Positions 28,497-36,080 of a DNA stretch of 64,000 nucleotides are shown in pieces (the first letter of the stretch is position 1; every line of letters starts with the position of its first letter). Position numbers and translations under genes: made by a program. The notes beneath the pieces are model-generated. The model did not search any database and was not told the origin of the DNA. It saw only the letters and a program-made list of their open reading frames with translations. This DNA is from Chloroflexota bacterium. Lineage in GTDB: Bacteria; Chloroflexota; Anaerolineae; Anaerolineales; Villigracilaceae. Where the stretch lies: positions 1-64,000 of the forward strand of contig JBBITF010000006.1 in assembly GCA_037440925.1 (NCBI GenBank). Reading direction: 5' to 3'.

Positions 28497-29612
28497 ATGA
28501 CTACTACTGCTGCAAAACAAGAAAAGGCTGCCGGTTCGGGAGTATTGAACTTCCTGGTCGGTCTCGTGATCGTTGTGGTGCTGTCCTTCCTGGCACGCTG
28601 GTTCAAAGATCAGGTCTATGGAATCAAAGACCTTTTCGGCTGGGGCATTCCGGGTAAAGTGTTGGAATTCCCGCTCTGGGCTGCGCTGTTGGGTTTGATT
28701 TTCAATCCCATTCTGAAAGCGCTCAAGATCTATGAGTATGCCAAATCTGGCTTTCGCACCGAATTGTTCCTGAAGATTGGTCTGGTATTGCTCGGCGCAG
28801 GCATCAGTTTTAAGGTGATTGTCACCGCTGCGGCGGGCGCCATCATTCAGGGCATCATCATGGTCACTGCGGTGTACTTCTTCTCGTGGTGGCTAGGCGG
28901 TAAGTTTGGTCTGTCCGATTCCCTGCGCGCAGTTATGTCCACGGCTATTTCGATCTGCGGCGTCTCGGCTGCGATCGCTGCTGCTGGCTCAGTGTTGGCT
29001 AAGAAGGAAGAGATCACTTACGTGACCGCTCTCGTCATCATCACCGCGCTGCCTCTAATGGTGATTGCTCCGTTACTGGCAGGCGCAATGCACATGCCCG
29101 AGCCGGTAGCAGGCGCCTGGTTTGGCGGCAACGTAGATACGACGGCTGCAGTCGTGGGCGCAGGTACGATCTATGGCGAGACGGCTCAAAAGATCGCCAG
29201 TATCGTCAAGCAGACCCAGAATGCCTTGATTGGTGTGGTGGCCTTCCTGCTGGCGCTGTACTTCTCGACCGTGGTTGAAGGCAAGAAGGAAAAGCCCAGC
29301 GCCGCCATTATTTGGCAGCGCTTCCCCAAATTTGTGTTGGGTTTCATCATCACTTCGTTGCTTTTCACCTTTGCCGTGATCCCCGGACCCGGCAAAGACA
29401 CTCCTACGGCTGGCAACACAATTTCTAGCATGAAGGATTGGGCCTTCTGCCTGGCCTTTGTGTGCATGGGCCTGGAACTGTCGGTGAGCGGCCTCAAGAA
29501 GATGGGCTGGCCGCCGGTCATTGTATATCTCATCGTGACCGTGTTCAACACCCTGTTGGCCCTGGTGGTGTCTTGGCTGATCTTCGGCTGGTTATTCCCT
29601 GCAAGCCTGTAA
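28497..29612 (+). CDS. YeiH/UPF0324 (putative sulfate-exporter, PSE) family membrane transporter
   Basis: About 10-11 TM helices with the overall YeiH-like architecture. AGGAGG RBS. The family assignment comes from sequence style only. Confidence 0.7.
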   Translation: MTTTAAKQEKAAGSGVLNFLVGLVIVVVLSFLARWFKDQVYGIKDLFGWGIPGKVLEFPLWAALLGLIFNPILKALKIYEYAKSGFRTELFLKIGLVLLGAGISFKVIVTAAAGAIIQGIIMVTAVYFFSWWLGGKFGLSDSLRAVMSTAISICGVSAAIAAAGSVLAKKEEITYVTALVIITALPLMVIAPLLAGAMHMPEPVAGAWFGGNVDTTAAVVGAGTIYGETAQKIASIVKQTQNALIGVVAFLLALYFSTVVEGKKEKPSAAIIWQRFPKFVLGFIITSLLFTFAVIPGPGKDTPTAGNTISSMKDWAFCLAFVCMGLELSVSGLKKMGWPPVIVYLIVTVFNTLLALVVSWLIFGWLFPASL

Positions 29613-29668
29613 GAGAATCTGCTCTGAGACGTAAAGAACATTTTCTGTGACCGTCTGAAAAGATAGAG

Positions 29669-29699
29669 GAGGGGAAAGCAAAGAGCATGCTTTCCCCTC
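29669..29699 (+). other. Stem-loop in the transporter-dsrA spacer
   Basis: An 11-bp stem GAGGGGAAAGC/GCTTTCCCCTC with a 9-nt loop. No T-tract follows, so this is not a canonical terminator. It may be an mRNA processing or stability element. Confidence 0.35.
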
Positions 29700-29740
29700 T
29701 GCATAAAAACGGACTTCAGCGGTCGCATGGAGGTAAAAAT

Positions 29741-30928
29741 ATGGCTAAGGACTCCAAAACCCCTATGCTGGATCAACTTGAAACAGGGCCCTGGCCGAGT
29801 TTTGTAAAAGAGATTAAGCGCGCTGCTGCCAAAAAAGACACAGCCAAGGATTTGCTGGGGCAGTTGGAGCGTTCTTATCGTGACAAAATCGGTCACTGGA
29901 AACATGGCGGTATCGTTGGCGTGAAGGGCTACGGCGGCGGCGTGATCGGGCGTTATTCCGACCTGCCAGAGGAATTCCCGTCTGTGGCTGAGTTTCACAC
30001 CTTGCGCGTCAATATGCCGGCCGGGTGGTTCTATACTACCGAGAAATTACGCCAATTATGTGATGTGTGGGACAAACATGGCAGCGGCCTGACCAACATG
30101 CACGGCGCCACCGGCGACATCATCCTGCTCGGCGCGCCCTCGGATGCGTTGCAGCCCTGCTTCGACGACTTGAGCGAAATTGACTTCGATTTGGGCGGTT
30201 CCGGCAGCGATATGCGCACGCCTTCCGCTTGTGTGGGACCTGCCCGCTGCGAGTATGCCTGCATCGATACCCTGGATATCCTTCGTGAGGTTACCCTGGA
30301 ATTCCAGGATGAGTTGCACCGCCCGATGTTCCCCTATAAATCCAAGATCAAGATTTCGGGCTGCCCGAACGATTGCGTGGCTTCGGTAGCGCGCTCGGAT
30401 TTCTCGGTCATTGGTACCTGGCGGGACAAAATCCTGATTGACCCTGCCGAGGTTGTCAATTATGCCAACAGCGGTCTGGATATCCAGGACGAAGTGGTCA
30501 ACCTTTGCCCGACGAACTGCATGAAATGGGATGCAGCCGCGAAGAAACTGAGCATCGATGACGCAGAATGCAACCGCTGTATGCACTGCATCAACCTGAT
30601 GCCTAAGGCGCTGCGCCCCGGCAAAGACAAGGGCGCGACCATCCTGGTCGGCGGCAAGGCCCCCATTGTGCATGGCGCGTTGATGTCTTGGGTGGTTGTT
30701 CCTTTCATGAAAATGGAGCCGCCATACGATGAACTGAAAGAATTCATCCGCAAGGCTTGGGAATGGTGGGACGAGAATGGCAAGATGCGCGAGCGCTTGG
30801 GTGAACTGATTCACCGCATGGGCATGCGTTCGTTCTTGAAAGCCATGGGCCTGCCGCCCGTGCCGCAGATGATTCGCACACCGCGTGCAAACCCCTATTA
30901 CTTCTGGGATCCTGAGGAGGTGAAATAA
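29741..30928 (+). CDS. dsrA: Dissimilatory sulfite reductase alpha subunit
   Basis: ORF 29687..30928. ATG 29741 lies behind GGAGG. DsrA-type N-terminus [18 protein letters not shown], sirohaem/FeS cysteines [11 protein letters not shown] and GCPNDCVAS, and a ferredoxin insert CPTNC...CNRCMHC. Confidence 0.95.
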   Translation: MAKDSKTPMLDQLETGPWPSFVKEIKRAAAKKDTAKDLLGQLERSYRDKIGHWKHGGIVGVKGYGGGVIGRYSDLPEEFPSVAEFHTLRVNMPAGWFYTTEKLRQLCDVWDKHGSGLTNMHGATGDIILLGAPSDALQPCFDDLSEIDFDLGGSGSDMRTPSACVGPARCEYACIDTLDILREVTLEFQDELHRPMFPYKSKIKISGCPNDCVASVARSDFSVIGTWRDKILIDPAEVVNYANSGLDIQDEVVNLCPTNCMKWDAAAKKLSIDDAECNRCMHCINLMPKALRPGKDKGATILVGGKAPIVHGALMSWVVVPFMKMEPPYDELKEFIRKAWEWWDENGKMRERLGELIHRMGMRSFLKAMGLPPVPQMIRTPRANPYYFWDPEEVK

Positions 30929-31986
30929 TGGCCCGCACTGACTTTGGCCCTCCGAACTATAAAGACATGCTTCCGCCTGTCATTGCAAAGAACTATGGAC
31001 AGTGGAAGTATCACGAGCGTGTCAAACCAGGCGTTTTGAAGCATGTTGCCGAATCTGGCGATGAGTTGTATACCGTCCGCGTCGGTTCTTGCCGCCTGGT
31101 CAGCACCGACTGGATCCGCGATGTGTGCCAGATTGCCGACAAATATTGCGGCGGCCACCTGCGGTTTACCAGCCGCCACAACCTAGAGTTTCTGGTTTCT
31201 GACAAGAATCAGGTTGAACCTCTGCTGGCTCATCTCAAGCAAGAAGGCTACGCCGTAGGCGGCACCGGCCATGCCATCAGCAACCCGGTGCATACTCAGG
31301 GGTGGATTCACTGCCATACGCCCGCCACCGACGCCTCCGGCATTGTCAAGGCCGTGATGGACGATTTGTTCGAGTATTTCACAGATTGGAAGTTGCCGGC
31401 CTATTGCCGCATTTCTCTGGCTTGTTGTTTGAACATGTGCGGCGCGGTGCATTGCTCCGACATCGCCATCCTGGGTATCCATCGCAAGCCGCCGCACATC
31501 AATCACGATACGGTGCGCGCTAAATGCGAAATCCCCAACGTGATTGCGGCTTGTCCTACTGGCGCCATTCGTCCTGACCCCAAGGAAAAATCGCTGACGG
31601 TCAATGAAGAGAAGTGTATGTACTGTGGCAACTGCTATACCATGTGCCCGGGCATGCCGTTGGCCGATCCAGAGGGCGATGGCGTATCCATTTGGGTGGG
31701 CGGCAAGATTTCGAGCGCGCGCACAGCCCCCAAATTCTCTCGTCTGGTCATCCCTTACTTGCCCAACAATCCGCCGCGCTGGCCCGAAGTGACCGCGGCC
31801 GTGCGCAACATTGTTGAGACTTGGGCAAGCCATGCCCGCAAGCACGAGCGCATGGGCGAGTGGATTGACCGTATTGGTTGGGAACGATTCTTCGATCTGA
31901 CAGGCATTCCGTTCACTGTCCAACTCATTGACGACTTCACTCTGGCTACTGAAACCTTCCGGTCAACGCCTGCCTTCAAGTGGTAA
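30928..31986 (+). CDS. dsrB: Dissimilatory sulfite reductase beta subunit
   Basis: N-terminus TDFGPPNYKDMLPPVIAKNYGQWKYHE. Cysteine motifs are HCHTPATD, CCLNMCGAVHC, CPTGAI and CMYCGNCYTMCP. The start shares one base with the dsrA TAA. Confidence 0.95.
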   Translation: MARTDFGPPNYKDMLPPVIAKNYGQWKYHERVKPGVLKHVAESGDELYTVRVGSCRLVSTDWIRDVCQIADKYCGGHLRFTSRHNLEFLVSDKNQVEPLLAHLKQEGYAVGGTGHAISNPVHTQGWIHCHTPATDASGIVKAVMDDLFEYFTDWKLPAYCRISLACCLNMCGAVHCSDIAILGIHRKPPHINHDTVRAKCEIPNVIAACPTGAIRPDPKEKSLTVNEEKCMYCGNCYTMCPGMPLADPEGDGVSIWVGGKISSARTAPKFSRLVIPYLPNNPPRWPEVTAAVRNIVETWASHARKHERMGEWIDRIGWERFFDLTGIPFTVQLIDDFTLATETFRSTPAFKW

Positions 31987-31997
31987 AGAGGTGAAGC

Positions 31998-32207
31998 ATG
32001 AGCGACGAAGTGACGGAGGAACTGAAGAATCAAATCGTTGAATTCTTCAAACAAAAAGGGAAGATGATGACCCATCGTGATGTTGCCAAAGGCCTTGACC
32101 TGGATCAAAAACTGGTCAAGAAGGCGCTGACAGAATTAGTCAATGCCGGCACATTGGAATTTACTTCCTTTGGCGGCGCCACGTTCATCAAACTCCCCGG
32201 CACATGA
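31998..32207 (+). CDS. dsrD: DsrD (small winged-helix protein of reductive dsr operons)
   Basis: 69 aa, located directly after dsrB. KKALTELVNAGTLEFTSFGGATF matches the DsrD KKxLxxLVxxxxLE(Y/F) pattern. Confidence 0.85.
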   Translation: MSDEVTEELKNQIVEFFKQKGKMMTHRDVAKGLDLDQKLVKKALTELVNAGTLEFTSFGGATFIKLPGT

Positions 32208-32251
32208 CAGACCGAAGCGCTTTGTAAGATATTCTTTTTGAGGAGGTAGAT

Positions 32252-32569
32252 ATGCCTGTAGTCGAACTGAATGGGATACAGGTAAGTGTGGACGAGGATG
32301 GTTTCATTGAAGACCCTTCCGTATGGAATGAGGAATTGGCGGCTGCCATTGCCAAAACCGAGGAAGTCAATGAATTGACCGAGGATCATTGGAAGGTAGT
32401 CAAGTATCTGCGGGAATATTACCTGCAATTTGGCATTGCGCCCATGATCCGTAAACTCTGCAAAGAGACCGGTTACGACCTCAAAACCATTTACGAGTTA
32501 TTTCCAAGCGGTCCAGCCAAAGGCGCCTGCAAGATTGCTGGCTTGCCCAAGCCCACTGGCTGCGTCTAG
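32252..32569 (+). CDS. dsrC: DsrC (TusE/DsrC/DsvC family) with both C-terminal arm cysteines
   Basis: The C-terminus GACKIAGLPKPTGCV has the two conserved Cys residues 10 residues apart. GAGGAGG RBS. Confidence 0.95.
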   Translation: MPVVELNGIQVSVDEDGFIEDPSVWNEELAAAIAKTEEVNELTEDHWKVVKYLREYYLQFGIAPMIRKLCKETGYDLKTIYELFPSGPAKGACKIAGLPKPTGCV

Positions 32570-32602
32570 TCCGTTTAGCGCGAGGTTACATTCTCCACAC
32601 TG

Positions 32603-32668
32603 GGGATAGGGGGGAGCAGATGTGCAAATCAGCCGTCTTCCTGCCCCCTATCCCTTGTTGTTTCTTTG
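32603..32668 (+). terminator. Possible attenuator or partial intrinsic terminator between dsrC and dsrM
   Basis: An 11-bp stem GGGATAGGGGG/CCCCCTATCCC plus CAG/CTG is followed by TTGTTGTTTCTTT. It sits in the only gap over 100 nt inside the array. Confidence 0.45.
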
Positions 32669-32675
32669 AGGCACT

Positions 32676-33422
32676 ATGAGCACAAGCGATATTTTGTGGA
32701 CCCTGCTTTCCCTCTTTTTCATTGGTCTGGCTTATTTTGCAGCCTTTTCTTTCGTGGCAGGTTTGCTGTGGAAATTCTACGGTTACTTGCGCACTCCCAT
32801 GCCTTTACCTCATGCTGTGACACCTGCTCCTAAGACAGAAGGGGGAGCCGTCTTACGCGTGTTAGGAGATGTCACCCTCTTCTCCAACCTGTTCAAAGCC
32901 GATAAATGGTTGTGGGGAGGTGCGTGGCTCTTCCATGTTGCCTTGGCTGCGGTTTTATTCCGTCACTTGCGTTATTTTACTTACCCCGTGCCTGGACTGG
33001 TCCTATACATGGAATCGGTGGCGCTATTCTTTGGCAGTTTGCTGGGGGCGGCTGCCTTGTTCCTGTTTTGGCGGCGGCTGGCTTTGCCGCGCACACTCTA
33101 TATTTCTAATATCCCCGATTATTTTGCCCTGGCTTTGTTGGGCGTGATTGCCGGCAGTGGCCTGATGGTGAATTACTGGTTGCGCGTCAATATCGTAGAT
33201 GTCAAAGGCTTTATTTTGGGATTGATGACTTTCCATCCTGTCGAAGTACCTCATCATCCCTTGTTCCTCTTGCATTTACTGGCCGTCCTGATTTTGATGA
33301 TTTACTTCCCTTTCAGCAAGTTGCTCCATGCAGGCGGTCTGATTTTCAGCCCCTCGCGTCATCAGCCTTTTCAGGTGCAGGTGCGCGGCAAGCGTTATAT
33401 CAATCCAGTTGACCGTTATTGA
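32676..33422 (+). CDS. dsrM: DsrM (NarI/HdrE-like dihaem b membrane subunit)
   Basis: Five to six TM helices with conserved His residues (LFHVA, FRHLRY, PHHPLFLLH, LLHAGG). It lies immediately upstream of dsrK. Confidence 0.85.
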   Translation: MSTSDILWTLLSLFFIGLAYFAAFSFVAGLLWKFYGYLRTPMPLPHAVTPAPKTEGGAVLRVLGDVTLFSNLFKADKWLWGGAWLFHVALAAVLFRHLRYFTYPVPGLVLYMESVALFFGSLLGAAALFLFWRRLALPRTLYISNIPDYFALALLGVIAGSGLMVNYWLRVNIVDVKGFILGLMTFHPVEVPHHPLFLLHLLAVLILMIYFPFSKLLHAGGLIFSPSRHQPFQVQVRGKRYINPVDRY

Positions 33423-33433
33423 GAGAATAACCT

Positions 33434-34879
33434 ATGTCGAAATTCGATGAGACTCCGATTGTCAAAGACCCGGCAGTAAATGGCGTCTTGCGCCCGCCCA
33501 AACTCCGCGAACACGCTTCGGCAGAGGTGCAGTGTTATCCGAGCAAGCCCAAAGATACTTCGGCCATTGATTTGCCGACCGAATTGGTGCCGGATTGGAA
33601 AGAGCGTGCCATTGCCAGATTGGGCGAGTTGTTGGAAAAGAACCAGGCCTTGCGCGTCTACATGGACATCTGTGTGCGCTGCGGCGCCTGCACCGACAAA
33701 TGCCAGTTCTTCCTGGGGACGGGCGACCCGCAGAACTTCCCGGTGGCGCGCGCGGAACTGCTGCGAAAAGTCTATCGCCGCTACTTTACGCCGGCCGGTC
33801 TCTTCCCAGACCTGGGAGAGGCCGCCGATTTAGACGAAGAGATGCTCCAGAAGTGGTACACCTACTTCTACCAATGCTCCGAATGCCGCCGCTGTTCGGT
33901 CTTTTGCCCGTATGGCATAGATACTGCCGAAATTACCATTGCCGCGCGCGAGATCATGGCCTCGATTGGTGTCTCGACCAAATACATCACGGAAGTTGTG
34001 GCAAAGGTCTATGCTACTGGCAACAATCTGGGCATTCCGCCGGCTGCCTGGAAGGACAACTGCGAATTTCTCGAAGAGGATGTGCAGGCGGATACCGGCC
34101 TGCCTATCCGCTTCCCAGTCGATGAGAAAGGCGCCGAAGTTCTGCTGGTGCCGCCCTCGGCCGATAACTTTGCCAATACTGACACCATGATTGGCTATGG
34201 CAAACTCTTCCATTTCTTGGGCGTCAGTTGGACAACCAGCACCTACTGTAATGAAGGCGGTAACTTTGGCCTGTTCTTGAATTTTGCCAACTTGAAAAAA
34301 GTCAACCGCCGCATTCTGGATGCCGCCCGCGAATTGGGCGTCAAGACCATTATCTGGGGTGAGTGTGGACATGCCTGGCGGGCAGGCATTATGACGCCTT
34401 CGCTCAATGGCCCGATGGATGATTTCGATCCGCCTTATCCGTACCATATTAGCCAGTATATCGTTGACATGCTGCACAAAGGCGCTTTCGAGGGCCACAT
34501 AGACAAGTCGGCCAATGACCAGTATCTTGTCACCTATCATGACCCGTGCAATTCTGCGCGCGCGGGCTACCTCATCGAAGAACCGCGTGAGATCATCCGC
34601 GCCGTTTGTAACCGCTTTGTCGAAATGCCAGAAGGCACCATCCGCGAAAAGACTTTTTGCTGCGGCGCAGGCAACGGCCTGTTGACGGATGAGATTATGC
34701 CCATCCGCATGGCGGGCGGCAAACCGCGCGCCATGGCCGTCAAGCACACCGGCGCCAATTACCTGGCCACTGTATGTGCAATTTGCAAGGCGCAATTGCC
34801 CGAATCCATGCACTATTGGCAGGTGCCGGTCAAGGTGGGTGGCGTGATTGACTTGCTGGCGAACGCTCTCAAATTCTAG
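33434..34879 (+). CDS. dsrK: DsrK (HdrD-like Fe-S / CCG-domain catalytic subunit)
   Basis: Motifs: CVRCGACTDKC, CSECRRCSVFCPYGID, CGHAWR, HDPCNSAR, FCCGAGNG, CAICKAQL. Confidence 0.9.
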   Translation: MSKFDETPIVKDPAVNGVLRPPKLREHASAEVQCYPSKPKDTSAIDLPTELVPDWKERAIARLGELLEKNQALRVYMDICVRCGACTDKCQFFLGTGDPQNFPVARAELLRKVYRRYFTPAGLFPDLGEAADLDEEMLQKWYTYFYQCSECRRCSVFCPYGIDTAEITIAAREIMASIGVSTKYITEVVAKVYATGNNLGIPPAAWKDNCEFLEEDVQADTGLPIRFPVDEKGAEVLLVPPSADNFANTDTMIGYGKLFHFLGVSWTTSTYCNEGGNFGLFLNFANLKKVNRRILDAARELGVKTIIWGECGHAWRAGIMTPSLNGPMDDFDPPYPYHISQYIVDMLHKGAFEGHIDKSANDQYLVTYHDPCNSARAGYLIEEPREIIRAVCNRFVEMPEGTIREKTFCCGAGNGLLTDEIMPIRMAGGKPRAMAVKHTGANYLATVCAICKAQLPESMHYWQVPVKVGGVIDLLANALKF

Positions 34880-34894
34880 CCCTTGGAGACAGCC

Positions 34895-35197
34895 ATGCGC
34901 AAAGTAGCCTTGTCTCTCGTTGTATTCGGAATTCTGCTCTTGACGGTCCTCTTTTATCCGCGCTATGTGGAGAAACCCGTCAAGGACGGTGAAGGGCCGT
35001 TGGCGATTTACCTTGACCCCAGCCTGCCGGCGCCTGAATATCACAGCCCCTTAGACTGGTGGAAACGGAATCACAAGACGATCGTCAATCGCGGCGACCT
35101 GGACAGGCGCGATTGCCTGCAATGCCATGACCCGGCCACCTCTTGCAACAATTGTCACGCTTATGTGGGCGCGGCTGAGATTGTCGTTGCCCCCTAA
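34895..35197 (+). CDS. Membrane-anchored dihaem cytochrome c (occupies the dsrJ position but is not a trihaem DsrJ)
   Basis: N-terminal TM helix VALSLVVFGILLLTVLF and two CxxCH motifs (CLQCH, CNNCH). ATG 34895 lies behind GGAG; the track ORF begins at TTG 34883. Confidence 0.75.
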   Translation: MRKVALSLVVFGILLLTVLFYPRYVEKPVKDGEGPLAIYLDPSLPAPEYHSPLDWWKRNHKTIVNRGDLDRRDCLQCHDPATSCNNCHAYVGAAEIVVAP

Positions 35198-35659
35198 ATG
35201 GTGAGCGCTATGACGGATACTTCTGTTTCCTCTCCTAAACCTTCCATTTTCTCCCGCCGCCGCCAGTTTATTCAACTGGGCTTCTTGACGGTGGCAGCCG
35301 CCTGGCTGGGAACATGGCTGCAAGCGCGTCTCTTCCCGGCCGCCAGCGCCAGCCAGGAAGCTGCGCCGGTCTCTTTTCCATTGAGCGACTTGCCGGTTGG
35401 CGGAGCCAAAGCCATTACGTATGGCGGCATTCCTGTATTGGTATTGCGCACCCCGCAGAGTCTCCGCGCCTTCTCGTTGATTTGCACGCACCTGGGCTGT
35501 ATTGTGGAATGGCAAGATAACAAGAAGGAATTTTATTGCCCTTGTCACGATGGCCGCTATGATGAATTTGGCGATGTGTTGGCCGGCCCCCCGCCCATTC
35601 CGTTGGAGCAATTTGCCGTGCGCATCGAGGGCGAACAAGTCATCGTCGGCGAGGCTTGA
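35198..35659 (+). CDS. Tat-exported Rieske [2Fe-2S] protein
   Basis: Twin-arginine motif SRRRQFIQLG plus a hydrophobic anchor. Rieske boxes are CTHLGC and CPCHDGRY. Its ATG abuts the stop of the upstream gene. Confidence 0.9.
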   Translation: MVSAMTDTSVSSPKPSIFSRRRQFIQLGFLTVAAAWLGTWLQARLFPAASASQEAAPVSFPLSDLPVGGAKAITYGGIPVLVLRTPQSLRAFSLICTHLGCIVEWQDNKKEFYCPCHDGRYDEFGDVLAGPPPIPLEQFAVRIEGEQVIVGEA

Positions 35660-35674
35660 GGCAGGAGAATGAAC

Positions 35675-36049
35675 ATGAAACGTTTTCTAATTTTCTTCGG
35701 TTCACTGCTTGTGACTGTGGCGTTGCTGTTGGCCCTCTTGCCCGCTGCTACGGCCCAAGCCCTTCCCGAATATTCAGCGCAGACCGGGGAACCCTGCGCC
35801 TCTTGTCACATCAGCCCCTCGGGCGGCGGCCCCCGCGGCCCGCGCGGGCAGGCCTGGGTAGCCTCCGGCAAACCCGGCGCCGTGCCGGATACGCTCCAGG
35901 CGCTCGAATTGCTGGGCGTCGAATTGAGCGTGGATCCGGCCTATTTTACGGCAACAGGTTTCGAGGTCCAGGAACCGGAAGCGCTGCAGGTCGCTCCGGC
36001 CCAGAGCGTGCGCTTGTACCGTTGGTTGAGTCAATATGATGGCAATTAG
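35675..36049 (+). CDS. Secreted monohaem cytochrome c
   Basis: Sec signal peptide (LLALLPAATAQA) and a single CASCH. AGGAG lies 8 nt before ATG 35675; the alternative start is ATG 35669. Confidence 0.75.
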   Translation: MKRFLIFFGSLLVTVALLLALLPAATAQALPEYSAQTGEPCASCHISPSGGGPRGPRGQAWVASGKPGAVPDTLQALELLGVELSVDPAYFTATGFEVQEPEALQVAPAQSVRLYRWLSQYDGN

Positions 36050-36080
36050 TCGTCGTGCGTTGATCGGTAAAGGATAGCCT

